From a virus (taxonomy: Duplodnaviria > Heunggongvirae > Uroviricota > Caudoviricetes): a stretch of DNA of 64,000 nucleotides. Below, in pieces: positions 1 through 10,112 of this stretch. Below the pieces are notes generated by a model. The model ran no database searches and had not been told where the DNA came from. It was given only the letters and a program-made list of their open reading frames with translations. Positions within the stretch are counted from its first letter, which is position 1. Each line of letters opens with the position of its first letter. Made by a program: the position numbers and the translations under genes. The stretch lies in the IMG/VR virus record IMGVR_UViG_3300012573_000004; one strand, 5' to 3'.

Positions 1-13
1 GTTGCTCACCAAA

Positions 14-55
14 AAAGATATCCCCTCTGCGATCATTATCAGAGGGGATATCTTT
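14..55. terminator. Perfect 16-bp inverted repeat (aaagatatcccctctg / cagaggggatatcttt) with a 10-nt loop. An A-run precedes it, so a T-run follows on the minus strand. Likely a minus-strand or bidirectional terminator.
   Basis: Inverted repeat read directly in the sequence. Confidence 0.5.
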
Positions 56-536
56 GTGTGTAGTCCGCAGTTGTCGTTTTTGTTGATCAATCATAACCAC
101 TGTTGTCTACACTTCAAGATGAGTCAAGAGGTACTCACTAACGTATGCACAAAAACCCCAAGACCCACACTGCGCATAACATTACAACTGTTGTCCCTGC
201 ATAAACTCTGGGTTAAAAACCAAAAAGTTGATCATTAAATAAGAACCAATCATCCCTGAAACTAAAGATTTTGGGGCTTTTTAGATGATTTTCTTGATAA
301 ACCTCAAGATTGAGTTGCTTAGTTGAGGTTTAATCTCACTTATGGGATAAGGATTTACTCCACAGACGAATGCTAAATTGTCTACAAGGTGCATTGCTCA
401 TGCACTAACACGTACCTCTAGAAGGAGTTGCACCCTCACAAGCACCTTATAAGAGTGCTGTGCTAACCGTTACACCACAGAGTCTTAACTTCTACATGAA
501 ATCATTCTGGCAAATAATATGGTCTCATGTAGAGAG

Positions 537-610
537 CGCCCCTGAGAGGATTCAAACCTCCAACCTTCCCTTTAGGAGAGGGGTTCTCTATCCCGTTGAG
601 CTACAGGGGC
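537..610 (-). tRNA. tRNA-Arg (anticodon CCT); CCA not encoded
   Basis: Reverse complement folds as a cloverleaf: acceptor GCCCCTG/CAGGGGC, anticodon loop CTCCTAA, T-arm GGAGG-TTTGAAT-CCTCT. Confidence 0.7.
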
Positions 611-758
611 TTGTATGACTAGATATCCACTGTGTCAACCACTATGGCTATCTAGTTGTTATGTGGAAGATAATCACTTGCCATGGTGCCTGGTTTATTT
701 TTACTTGTCATAATTGACAAAGGGTGAACACCGGGAAACACCAATGCTAAATAGGAAG

Positions 759-2174
759 TCAAAGATCACTACACACAGAATCATTATTGATTCTGCTATC
801 ATGTACATCATTGACTAATTTGGCACCATTTTTTGAGTGAGACACCCCAGGACATACACCGTTGTCCTGGGGGCTTTTTCTTATATGGCGTGGAAGAACG
901 CTAAGCCCTATTCCTCTTCTAGCAATAAGATAGCTTGCTTTTTGGTGTATGGTTTTTCCATACTTTCTATCATTCCAGAATTGGGTATTTTTAGAAGTAT
1001 TATAAGGACTTACCTTTATGCATTTACCTCCACATATATCCATCTTTCTCTTTAGAAGAGTAGAAAATGTGTGATAAGGGATTTTATTAATAGTTCTATT
1101 TAGAGCTCTTGCACTACTTATAGAACTTCTTTTCAAAAAAGAAAGGCCTTTGAGGTTTTCAATATAAACTGTGCTGCAATGATTCTTTTTCAGCCAGAGA
1201 TAAATGGAATGAACAAGTGTTTCAATATCTTTGGAGTGCTTATGATGAAACTCCCTTTGTGCAATAGGGTTTCCATGTTTGTCTACTATAGTGCAAGAAA
1301 CAAAACCAGAGTTTTGGTCAATACCACATGCTCTTCCAGGTATATGTGATATTCCATGCTTCTTGTACAATCTTTCTTTTTCTACCCTAGTAGTTATATG
1401 TAGTCTCCATACCCTTTTATTGCTATCCCAGCAAAACTGGTATGCAGTTGCTAAACGCTCTTTGATACTATGATAAACATTCTTTTTACCGTGTTTAATG
1501 ACTACTTTGCCAAGCACATATTCTCTTCCTTGTAGTCTTAATGCTTTTTGCATTCCTGAACTAATCTTGATGGTTAGTTCTCCAGTGTCAGGGTTTAACT
1601 TGATGGTGTCATTTCCACATGTTTTTCCTGATTCACCCATAAACTCAAGGAATAATCTCTTGTTATTCCAATCTTCTTTTAATGAATCATCCCAGTAGTT
1701 TTGTGTGATTTTTCTTTGAAGCTTTGAACCACCAAAGCAGCATGATGGTGCTTTGGAAGATGATAGCCTTATTTTCTTGTTAATAACGGCAATAGAATCA
1801 ATGGCATTCTTTTTCTTTAATCCATGCAAAGTGGGAAGTTTCTTGTGAAGACGTGATATTTCTTTGTTCCAACTTCTGATATTTTCTTGAGAAGTTCTTA
1901 ACGCTAGTTGATACTGCTCAGAATTGGAATAAACAACATAGTCTGCTTCTCTTTTGCTAATCCCATATTTTTCCATTAACCGTGATCTACGTTCTAGCTT
2001 AGAAGGAGTATCCTTGTCTTTTCTATGACAAGATACTATGTATGAATAATCATCATTTCTCACGGTACTTAGGAAAAGTCCCACAGTGTGAAGAATATTC
2101 TTTCCCTCTTTGGTGAGATCAAGCTTTGTAGAATAGGTGAATACAAGATAGTCTTTACTTTTCATGAGATTCAC
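759..2174 (-). CDS. tnpB: TnpB-family RuvC-like nuclease (IS607-type accessory). C-terminal zinc finger and RuvC-III look degenerate.
   Basis: RuvC-I-like CGIDQNSGFVSCTIVDKHGNPI and RuvC-II-like VYIENLKGL. Only two Cys (CGGKC) in the zinc-finger region. Overlaps the upstream recombinase ORF. Confidence 0.65.
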   Translation of the reverse strand: MNLMKSKDYLVFTYSTKLDLTKEGKNILHTVGLFLSTVRNDDYSYIVSCHRKDKDTPSKLERRSRLMEKYGISKREADYVVYSNSEQYQLALRTSQENIRSWNKEISRLHKKLPTLHGLKKKNAIDSIAVINKKIRLSSSKAPSCCFGGSKLQRKITQNYWDDSLKEDWNNKRLFLEFMGESGKTCGNDTIKLNPDTGELTIKISSGMQKALRLQGREYVLGKVVIKHGKKNVYHSIKERLATAYQFCWDSNKRVWRLHITTRVEKERLYKKHGISHIPGRACGIDQNSGFVSCTIVDKHGNPIAQREFHHKHSKDIETLVHSIYLWLKKNHCSTVYIENLKGLSFLKRSSISSARALNRTINKIPYHTFSTLLKRKMDICGGKCIKVSPYNTSKNTQFWNDRKYGKTIHQKASYLIARRGIGLSVLPRHIRKSPQDNGVCPGVSHSKNGAKLVNDVHDSRINNDSVCSDL

Positions 2175-2784
2175 CCTTAGATTCTTCTTGAAGGAGATTT
2201 TTTACTCTTTCAGCTCCTCTTTTACCATATAATCTCCCACATGCTGATACCATGAACTCAGTTATTTCTGTTGCTAAGTCATCTTCAACATCATTATCAT
2301 TGGCAACAATGATGTCCCTTCCTTGTGCATTAAGAGTCTTTTTAATGAGATTAAAATTGCTTCTAGCTAGCCTTTCTCTATGTTCAACAATGATGGTGGA
2401 TATAGAAGGATCAGCAAGTATAGAAGATAGTTTCTTTCTATTTTCATTAAATCCAGAACCTACCTCTTCTACACATTTATCAATTGATAATCCATTGTTG
2501 TTAGCATATTCATAGATAGCTAGCTTCTGAAGTGGCAATGACTCTTTTTGCTTAGATGTGCTCACTCTGCAGTAGGCAACTGTGAAATCATCATTATTAT
2601 TTTCTTCATAGGAAGAAATACCAGTGAAGGATTCTGGAACCTCAACTAAAATGATTCTTTCACTAGGGCGAAAAGTGGGAAAAGGTATCTTTCCTTGGTG
2701 ATACCAATTCAAAGCAGTTTGACGTGTTACTGTCATAAGATCTGCATATTCAGAAAGTCTGATTTTCCTTGTTTTCTCTTTCAT
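2155..2784 (-). CDS. tnpA: IS607-family serine recombinase (MerR-like HTH plus resolvase catalytic domain)
   Basis: Catalytic YCRVSTSKQ serine motif. N-terminal HTH (LMTVTRQTALNWYHQGKIP). Start chosen at MKEKTRK, preceded by the SD aaagggg. Confidence 0.75.
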   Translation of the reverse strand: MKEKTRKIRLSEYADLMTVTRQTALNWYHQGKIPFPTFRPSERIILVEVPESFTGISSYEENNNDDFTVAYCRVSTSKQKESLPLQKLAIYEYANNNGLSIDKCVEEVGSGFNENRKKLSSILADPSISTIIVEHRERLARSNFNLIKKTLNAQGRDIIVANDNDVEDDLATEITEFMVSACGRLYGKRGAERVKNLLQEESKGESHEK

Positions 2785-2919
2785 TAGTATCACCCCTTTC
2801 ATACTATAGTGCATTTGTATATATGGTATTATCATTATACCATACCTTTTTCATATTTGTCAAAATAAGTATTGATACAATGTTTTATATTGAAAATACC
2901 ATATTTTAATAGCAGTTAG

Positions 2920-2992
2920 TGCCCCCGGCAGGATTTGAACCCGCGACACATGGGGTAGAAACCCACTGCTCTATCCACTGAGCTACGGAGGC
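2920..2992 (-). tRNA. tRNA-Arg (anticodon TCT)
   Basis: Reverse complement GCCTCCGTAGCTCAGTGGATAGAGCAGTGGGTTTCTACCCCATGTGTCGCGGGTTCAAATCCTGCCGGGGGCA. Anticodon loop TTTCTAC. Confidence 0.8.
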
Positions 2993-3488
2993 ATGTGTTC
3001 AGCCAATGAAAGCAACCTTTCATGACAACTACCATTTAACCACAGTATCATCTTGATGTCAAGAACAACTCTTCCAAGGGTGTTCAAAGTCCTTTGTCAA
3101 GCTGTTCCACGTGAAAGGAAAGACTCAAGATGTATTTGTAGGAAAATTATCCCTACAAATGACACTGATTATCTCAATACTAGATAATCAGTGCGGGAAG
3201 TGCAAGCATCACCCTATCAAAAAGCACACCATCATATTGTGATGCTTATCACTTGTGCGGTTATGAAGTTATCATCAGATGATGAGGAAACAAGGAGGAG
3301 GAAAACAGCACTATTTTCTACAAATAGCGCACCTCATCACCAGTTTCTGGTGCTCTCATCGGCTGACATGAACTACTATAACACTATAAAAAATCTCATG
3401 TCAAATTCTTTACCGTTTTTACTTAAGTACTGCTGTTTTGATACTCTTCAAAGAAGAAAACCAACCTACTAGATAAAGGAAACGATCT

Positions 3489-4622
3489 ATGGCAACTCTT
3501 ACTTTTGATGACTTGACATCTAAAGCACTCAAATGGGTACTTTCTGGTGCAGACAACTCTGACTATGGACACTACATTATAATCTCCATTGACAAGGATG
3601 GATTTACTAAACTTTCCACCAACACTCCCTTTGGACGATCTTTGGAGATGCAGGCTGAAAACACTGAAGGTGAATATTCTGATGTAGCTTTTGCAGCTTC
3701 TACTCTTTCTGGTTTGGCTAAAAGTGTAGAAGAAGGAGATCAGCTCACTTTAAACATTGACAATAAGAAAGATGTTATCTACATCTCACTTGCTTCTACC
3801 ACTATCACAGTAGATAACCTCTATGATGTGTGTCCTGTGGTTGCTAGTCTGCGTGGAAAAACCACTCTTACCACTGTAGATGCTAGCTCTGTAGCTCAAG
3901 CTTTGACTACTGCTACAAAGATGCTTCCCAAAAATGGTGATGTAGCTATTGACTGTGATAGTGATCGTTTGACTGTTTCTGCTATTTCTTCTGAACTTGT
4001 TTCTAGAGAAGAGTTCCCTTCTACTCTTCCTGAAGGTGAAGAGTCTCACATTCTTGTATCAGGAAAGAAGCTTTCTCCTCTTAATGCAGTAGTGCGCACT
4101 GGAATTGTAGAGGATATGAAGATTAAGGAAGAACGTGGAGTGGTAAGTTTTGTCTTCCCTATTCATGATGATTCTATTGGTATTGATGCGTTGTCTATGA
4201 ATGTTTCTACTGCAGTAGAAAACTACAATGGTGAAGGAGGAGAGTTCCTTGATGATGAGGAAGATGAGATCGCTACCTTGTCTATTTCTGAAGTCAAAGA
4301 AGCTCTAGCCCCTTTGACTGCTGTTGTCTCTGATGCCAATGTCACCATTGATACTACAGGTGCTCATGGTGTATCTCTTACTATCACCTCCAAAGGTACA
4401 GCTGCAAAAACCATTGTTCTAGATGCTGAAGTAGCTTCTGGTACTACCTATACAGTTTCTTTGCCAATGTTTATGGCTGCTTTGAAGAATATTTCTACTG
4501 CACAGGTTGTTATTTCTTCCATTTCTGTTGATGATGATCCACAGTGGTACATCTTGACTCCAGATCATGGTGATGATGACAATCCTGGTGAAGATCTCAT
4601 TGTTGCCATTCCTCTTAGATAA
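3489..4622 (+). CDS. DnaN-like DNA polymerase sliding clamp (beta clamp) homolog; orphan
   Basis: 377 aa, the size of a beta clamp. Segment LTLNIDNKKDVIYISLASTTITVDNLYDVCP resembles the domain-I 'SGrsrFsLstLpaedfP' region. RLTVSAISSELVSREEF resembles the domain-II 'lrlvATDghRLa' region. SD aaaggaaacgatctATG. Confidence 0.5.
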   Translation: MATLTFDDLTSKALKWVLSGADNSDYGHYIIISIDKDGFTKLSTNTPFGRSLEMQAENTEGEYSDVAFAASTLSGLAKSVEEGDQLTLNIDNKKDVIYISLASTTITVDNLYDVCPVVASLRGKTTLTTVDASSVAQALTTATKMLPKNGDVAIDCDSDRLTVSAISSELVSREEFPSTLPEGEESHILVSGKKLSPLNAVVRTGIVEDMKIKEERGVVSFVFPIHDDSIGIDALSMNVSTAVENYNGEGGEFLDDEEDEIATLSISEVKEALAPLTAVVSDANVTIDTTGAHGVSLTITSKGTAAKTIVLDAEVASGTTYTVSLPMFMAALKNISTAQVVISSISVDDDPQWYILTPDHGDDDNPGEDLIVAIPLR

Positions 4623-4648
4623 GATGGTGGCTCTATAAGAAAAACAAA

Positions 4649-4692
4649 ATGCACCTTTTTGTTACAGATTATACAAAGAGGTGCATTTTTTA
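4649..4692 (+). terminator. Rho-independent terminator downstream of the clamp gene
   Basis: atgcacct...aggtgcat stem followed by TTTTT. Confidence 0.6.
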
Positions 4693-4735
4693 TGTCCCCT
4701 TTATACCTGTGCAGTGTTCAATGACACTTTGTGTC

Positions 4736-4749
4736 CCTTTTTGAAGATA
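4736..4749 (+). promoter_or_regulatory. TTGTGTCCCTTTTT motif copy. Representative of at least 14 plus-strand copies (a degenerate ATGTCCCCTTTAT copy also lies at 4691).
   Basis: Exact motif read in the sequence. See the findings for the full list. Confidence 0.5.
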
Positions 4750-5042
4750 CCTGATGAAAGCTATTTCCAACAATGATTTTTTCGACCCCCTCCTCTAATA
4801 AGATCAAGGGGAGAATACAGCTTTTTTACAGCATTATTACTTCCTCATTTTTCAAGTTGCCTATTTATATTCAAGAATATAAATGCAATGTGCATGCTTT
4901 GACCTGCTGTTTTATAACCACTACCCCCATTTTCTACCCCCGTAGAAGTCAAAAAACTTGCGCTGTTCATCTTGCTGTGTCATACTAATAACCACAAGGA
5001 AAAACACACCATATCAACACTTCTTAAAGGAGAAAAAATATC

Positions 5043-7610
5043 ATGCGTTATAACACTGGCGTATCTACTATCAGCAATGCACAGTCTAATCTTATGACTG
5101 TAGATCCTGACAAGGCTGCAAAGGTAGCAGCAATGCTTGTCAACAACTACACCTCCTATGTCACCCCTGTGCGAGAGGTCATCATCAATGGTTTGGAAGC
5201 TGTTGAGGGTCAAGAAGATGGTCATGTCACAGTAGAGTTTGATGCTCAACTGAAAAAGGCCACTTCTGTTTTCTCCAACTATGACATCAATGGAGAAAAT
5301 GACTACACCATTCATATCACTGATAATGGCTGTGGCATGAGCCATGACTTTGCTAAGAACAAGTTTGTTCACCTGACTGCTTCCAGCAAGGATGACTCTG
5401 ATGATTCTATTGGTGGCTTTGGTATTGGTGCTAAGGCTGTAGCTTCCATTTCCCACCACACTGTATTCCGCACTGTTCAAGATGGTGTTGCTACTGTCAT
5501 TGTCTTTGGCATGTCTGACAAGGGTGCCACCACCTCTGTTAGTGATCCTATGGAAGTAGATGAGCCTAATGGCACTAAGGTATCTATCCATGTGGATCAG
5601 GATACTTTCTATAGCATCATCTCTGATATTGAAGAACAGTTTCTTGACTGGATTGATCCTGAGACTCCACTAACTGTTTCTTCTCCTGAAAGGGATTTTC
5701 AGGTAGGCAAGAAGTCTCAGGATACATTCCATTCTTATACTCATAGCAATGGTGTTGTAGTTCATATGGTAAAGAACAATGATAAGGGTATGTTTAGTTT
5801 TAATCCTGCTGACTCTATGCTTCGCTGTGTAGGAATGCCTTATCCTGCTACCAACTCTATGAAGAATTCCTATGAGATTGGTGCTTCTTTTGTCAGGGCT
5901 TTGAACGGTGTTATCCCAGGAGCGCAAGTAAGAAACAATAGTTTCTACCTCATCATTGATGTTCCACCACGTGATATCACCATTGACTCTAGCCGTGAGC
6001 GTGTAGCTGATACTGTGCATCTTCGCACTGTCATTGATGAAGCTATTGATGCTGCTGTAGAGGATTATGCTTATAGCATTGCACATAACCTTAAAAACTC
6101 TAAGGATAGCCAGGAGTTTTTTGATAAGATCGTTCAAGGATTCCCCTGTGTTGGACTCACCCTACGTAGTGGAGCATTGGGCAATGCTAACTCTATTGTG
6201 GAAGATTACACTACCTATGTAGAAAAAGATAATGATCTTGAGGGCAAGGGTATCTTTATTATCAATGATGAAGATGATAAGTGCTACAAGAGCGGAAATC
6301 TATATGAAATGGATAATGATTCCATTAGGTACATTCTTGATGCGTGGCGTGCAGAGTCTATTTCTCGTGTTTTTGCAAGCTCTGACAGTATTGATGATGC
6401 TTTGGGTGTTGATACACACAAGTGCTCTTTTGTGGTAGTTGTTGATACCAAGAATGGTGGCTCTACTACACAGATCAACGGTGGCGGTCTCTATGATAAG
6501 ATTCTTCCAGATTCTTTCTTGAGTCTTTTTGATGACAAGGAAGACATTGATCTTACTATGGAACTTGTTAAGTGGCATCTTGACATTAATGCTTATACTG
6601 CACCTAAGAGCTACCATGCTATCCGCAAGTCTATGATGACTCGTGGACGTGGCAAGGGCAAGAATGGTTCCCATTCTAAGCGTGAGATCTTCTCCTATAT
6701 TGACAACAATGGAAATCGCAAGATTGTCACTGCTGGTGATGCCAATGATATTCTTACCCAGTGGAAGAATGATAACATTTCTACCCTTGTTCTACTTCAA
6801 GACAACAATGACAATACTGGTCTTGACTACTATCAAGAAACACTAAAAAACATTGACAAGGTTGTTCAAAAGGTCTATGGCACAGATCACAAGGTAGTAT
6901 TTGTTTCTGCTAAGCGCTGTGATACTGTGGCAAAGAATGTGCGCATCTTGAAAGAAAATGCTGACAAGGCAGTAATGGAAGTCAATGAAGATATCCTTGA
7001 TGGTAAAGATGTCACAAACTCTATGTCTCATATCACCAAGGATATGTCTCAAGGAATGGGTTTCTTGTTCTTTGAAAGCTCTCTAGACAACTTCTTTGGT
7101 GGCGAGTATGTCAATAGTGGTATTGGATACAAGTGGCTAGATGCTGAATATGGCAATGGCACTATCCAGGATATTCTTGTTGATTACTTGAATCTAGATC
7201 CTGAAAAGTATCACAAGGCTAAGGAAAATATCATTGAAACTATCAATGTTGTTTCTGATGACGAACCTCAATCTCCTGATGACACCTCTGTAGATTACTA
7301 CCGTGCTATTACTGGAAGTGCTATTGTTTCTGCATTCCACAAATTCTACTACAGCCTTGGAAACAAGGATAAGACCCTTGACACTGTAGGAAAGCTCTTT
7401 GCTGATGGTGCAGATTACGATGAATACACCCGCCGAGTGCAAATCCTTTTCAACGTTGTAAACTATACTTGCAAAAACCATGTTGGATACAGTGGTATTA
7501 GCAACAAGGAATCTGCTAAGTTTATGGGCAATACCATTGCTACTGCTCAAGAGCTTGCAGACAATCCTGACTCTTTGGCAACTCAAATGATGACAAATGG
7601 CTGGGTGTAA
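5043..7610 (+). CDS. GHKL-superfamily (Bergerat-fold) ATPase; MORC/Hsp90/MutL-like, function unknown
   Basis: N-box REVIINGLEAV. G1 box TDNGCGM. G2 box GGFGIGAKA. SD aaggagaaaaaatatcATG. Confidence 0.55.
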   Translation: MRYNTGVSTISNAQSNLMTVDPDKAAKVAAMLVNNYTSYVTPVREVIINGLEAVEGQEDGHVTVEFDAQLKKATSVFSNYDINGENDYTIHITDNGCGMSHDFAKNKFVHLTASSKDDSDDSIGGFGIGAKAVASISHHTVFRTVQDGVATVIVFGMSDKGATTSVSDPMEVDEPNGTKVSIHVDQDTFYSIISDIEEQFLDWIDPETPLTVSSPERDFQVGKKSQDTFHSYTHSNGVVVHMVKNNDKGMFSFNPADSMLRCVGMPYPATNSMKNSYEIGASFVRALNGVIPGAQVRNNSFYLIIDVPPRDITIDSSRERVADTVHLRTVIDEAIDAAVEDYAYSIAHNLKNSKDSQEFFDKIVQGFPCVGLTLRSGALGNANSIVEDYTTYVEKDNDLEGKGIFIINDEDDKCYKSGNLYEMDNDSIRYILDAWRAESISRVFASSDSIDDALGVDTHKCSFVVVVDTKNGGSTTQINGGGLYDKILPDSFLSLFDDKEDIDLTMELVKWHLDINAYTAPKSYHAIRKSMMTRGRGKGKNGSHSKREIFSYIDNNGNRKIVTAGDANDILTQWKNDNISTLVLLQDNNDNTGLDYYQETLKNIDKVVQKVYGTDHKVVFVSAKRCDTVAKNVRILKENADKAVMEVNEDILDGKDVTNSMSHITKDMSQGMGFLFFESSLDNFFGGEYVNSGIGYKWLDAEYGNGTIQDILVDYLNLDPEKYHKAKENIIETINVVSDDEPQSPDDTSVDYYRAITGSAIVSAFHKFYYSLGNKDKTLDTVGKLFADGADYDEYTRRVQILFNVVNYTCKNHVGYSGISNKESAKFMGNTIATAQELADNPDSLATQMMTNGWV

Positions 7611-7626
7611 CATTTAGTAAATAGAA

Positions 7627-7660
7627 AACCTCTCCCCTTAGTGGGAGTGGTTTTCATTTT
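7627..7660 (+). terminator. Rho-independent terminator after the GHKL ATPase gene
   Basis: Imperfect stem acctctccc/gggagtggt followed by a T-run. Confidence 0.5.
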
Positions 7661-7860
7661 TTATTTTCAATGATTTTGTGTCCCTTTGGAAGTATTCTAT
7701 CCTGCATACTAGACAACATGATTGCTGTATGATACAATTGAACACGTAAGAAAAACACACCAGAAAATATCAAAAAATGTAGTATATCTACTTGTCAGAA
7801 CCATGACTGACTGATATACTAATGAAATATAACCCAATCATTTATGAAAGGAACAAAGAA

Positions 7861-8688
7861 ATGGCACAGCCACTATCTTTTACTATCATTTCTCAAGATG
7901 ACACTTCTATCCTCTCTTTTGTAGATATGACTACAGGACAGTCTGGAAATCTCCCACAGTGGTCTAGTCTTGATAAAAAGTCACAAAACACCATCATGGA
8001 TATCATTAAAAATCCAGATAGTGTAGACGGTGATCCTATCAAGGCTATCTATGATGCAGCAAGCAACTATAACTCCAATGCTATCCAAGAGATCCGCAGC
8101 AAGCTAGGTATCACAGTAGATATTGATAATATCTACATTGGTTCTATTGTTTTGCCTAAGACTTTCCAAAAGCTACTGGGAAATGTTGATACACTAGAAG
8201 AAGCACAAAGCATTGTTGCTTTTGCTAAGGATCTAGAAAACAATCCTGGTGAGCACTGCAAGGAAGCACTTATTGAGTGGCTAGTAGCTAATCCTAGCTT
8301 GTCTTTTGCTCCAGATGGTCGCATCATTGGCTACCGTGCAGTTGATGACAAGTTCCTTTCCTATCACAGTGGTTATGGCATTGTCAATGGAGAAGAGTTT
8401 TCTAACTCTAAGCTAGATAGCACTCCTGGAAATGTTTTGCAGTTCCCTCGTTTTATGGTAGATCAGAATACTGATAAGCATTGTTCTATTGGCCTCCATG
8501 TGGGTACATGGAAGTATGCTTCTACATTTGGACATCAAAAGCACATTTCTGTTGCTTTCAAGGCTTCTGATGTAGTCTCACCACCATCTGATGCTCATCA
8601 GGAGAAGATCCGAGTTTCTGAGTTTGCTGTTCTAGAAGAAATCACTGAACCCTACCATGACACCATTGTTGTAGGTAAAACCTACTAA
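7861..8688 (+). CDS. Hypothetical protein
   Basis: Long ORF. Start moved to MAQPLSF because of the SD aaaggaacaaagaaATG. Confidence 0.5.
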   Translation: MAQPLSFTIISQDDTSILSFVDMTTGQSGNLPQWSSLDKKSQNTIMDIIKNPDSVDGDPIKAIYDAASNYNSNAIQEIRSKLGITVDIDNIYIGSIVLPKTFQKLLGNVDTLEEAQSIVAFAKDLENNPGEHCKEALIEWLVANPSLSFAPDGRIIGYRAVDDKFLSYHSGYGIVNGEEFSNSKLDSTPGNVLQFPRFMVDQNTDKHCSIGLHVGTWKYASTFGHQKHISVAFKASDVVSPPSDAHQEKIRVSEFAVLEEITEPYHDTIVVGKTY

Positions 8689-8732
8689 TAAATCAAGCAC
8701 CATCACTTTTTTAAGAAAGGACACTTTATACT

Positions 8733-9608
8733 ATGTCTAAGATCATTACCATTTTTTCTAATCCTGGAACCTATAGCTCTACGCTTCCATCTTCTTCAGT
8801 ATCTGACAAGGTAGAAGATAACAAAACTCTTACTGCTTTGGGTCATACTGTTGATGAAAAGAATTTTGATAAGTCACGTCATGTAGCATCTCTTTTCAAT
8901 GCTATTTCCCGTGGACGCAATGTTCATGCTACAGCGCAGCGCATTGGTCTTGTTTCTGATCATCCTGGTGAGGGTGGCAATGATATTGAATATCTATCAG
9001 AAGCCATGAAGAATATCTATGGCATTCATGGTGATAACGCCATTCTGGGTAGCATTGAGGTAACAGATGCACAAATGGAGTATCTAGAGTCTAATCCCAA
9101 TGCTATGGAGGTATTTATTGATAATGCAACCATTCAACCTGATAACCTTTCCTGGAATAAGGAAGATGTAGAGCACCGTGAGTCTTTGTGTGAAGAAGTT
9201 CACTCTTTTGCTAATGATGTCAATGATCTCATTGATGTAGCACGTGAAGCAGAAGATGAAGATGATGACTGGACTGATGACTGGGATGATGAAGATGATT
9301 GGAATGACTGGGATGAAGAAGATGATTGGGATGACTGGGATGACTGGGATGAAGAAGATGATTGGGATGAAGATGATGATTGGGGTGAAGATGACTACAG
9401 TGTAGAAGAAGATAATGAGGATTCTAATACAGGAGTCAACTCACCCTCACAGATCAAGGATGATGAATATATCAGCATTGAAGATCTTAGCCCACATGCA
9501 CAGCTTGTAGTTCTAACCCCAGAAGAACTAGAAAAGCTGAAAAAGCACCCACGTTTTGCTAATGCAGAACAGCTAGAGCTTTCCTTTGATGATGTAGATG
9601 ATGAATAA
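8733..9608 (+). CDS. Highly acidic protein with a tandem (D/E)DW repeat tract (DDWTDDWDDEDDWNDWDEEDDWDDWDDWDEEDDWDEDDDWGEDD)
   Basis: ORF with the SD aagaaaggacactttatactATG. Low-complexity D/E/W repeat. Terminator follows. Confidence 0.6.
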   Translation: MSKIITIFSNPGTYSSTLPSSSVSDKVEDNKTLTALGHTVDEKNFDKSRHVASLFNAISRGRNVHATAQRIGLVSDHPGEGGNDIEYLSEAMKNIYGIHGDNAILGSIEVTDAQMEYLESNPNAMEVFIDNATIQPDNLSWNKEDVEHRESLCEEVHSFANDVNDLIDVAREAEDEDDDWTDDWDDEDDWNDWDEEDDWDDWDDWDEEDDWDEDDDWGEDDYSVEEDNEDSNTGVNSPSQIKDDEYISIEDLSPHAQLVVLTPEELEKLKKHPRFANAEQLELSFDDVDDE

Positions 9609-9628
9609 TCTTTCATCTTAAAACTTTA

Positions 9629-9671
9629 CCCCTTGTGCATTATGTGAGGTGATGCACAAGGGGTGTTTTTT
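9629..9671 (+). terminator. Rho-independent terminator (12-bp perfect stem ccccttgtgcat/atgcacaagggg plus T6)
   Basis: Read in the sequence. Confidence 0.8.
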
Positions 9672-9742
9672 GATCATTTATTTTTGTGTCCCTTTTTCCT
9701 ATCAAGATGACACTCCAAGATGCAAAAAAAAATAAATGACAA

Positions 9743-9925
9743 CTAATAGCGCCACTCGTTTTTTGCTAAACTTTTCAAACGCTCAACAAAAGGAGTATAA
9801 GGTCTAGGCTCACGAGATTCCAACTCGTCTAATATGTCACTATCAACCACAGTAACGCTATCTGCTATGGCTTTGTTTCTAGAACATTCTTGGCATTGTT
9901 TTATATGTTCATCATGCTCGTCCAT
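9743..9925 (-). CDS. Small hypothetical protein (MDEHDEHIKQCQEC...)
   Basis: SD aaaggtgag upstream of the ATG. A small minus-strand ORF between plus-strand genes. Confidence 0.3.
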   Translation of the reverse strand: MDEHDEHIKQCQECSRNKAIADSVTVVDSDILDELESREPRPYTPFVERLKSLAKNEWRY

Positions 9926-10112
9926 CAATGATCACTCACCTTTCAAAATATCTTTACTAATCTTATTGATTCTACAGGAATAATCCCCTGTGCTTTTGTC
10001 TATATTGATAGTAGATTTTAGTATAACACCAAAAGGATGTGTAGTCATTTTGTTCTTGGTAAGATAATCCACATATCTTATAATCATCACAAGAAAAGAG
10101 GATAGGTTATCT

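Larger units (their letters stand above)
700..2880 (-). mobile_element. IS607-family insertion sequence (serine recombinase tnpA plus tnpB) between two tRNA-Arg genes. Ends are approximate.
   Basis: Overlapping tnpA and tnpB ORFs on the minus strand, bounded by tRNA genes at 537-610 and 2920-2992. Confidence 0.6.

Noticed and set aside
2-238. Partial ORF at the window start (MLTKKDIPSAIIIRGDIF...)
   Set aside because: It runs through a perfect 16-bp hairpin and has no coding-like composition or SD. Likely non-coding.
428-500. tRNA-like cloverleaf on the minus strand (possible anticodon loop CTTATAA, T-loop TGCAACT) next to tRNA-Arg(CCT)
   Set aside because: The acceptor stem does not pair (GACTCTG versus TAGAGGT gives mismatches) and the T-loop is non-canonical. 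At best it is a degenerate tRNA remnant or att-site duplicate. It needs tRNAscan-SE or Infernal before any call.
5670-7613. Minus-strand ORFs 5670..6137, 6284..6478, 6300..6674, 6843..7052 and 7194..7613 inside the GHKL ATPase gene
   Set aside because: All are antisense to a long plus-strand gene with a strong SD and clear GHKL motifs. No independent signals.
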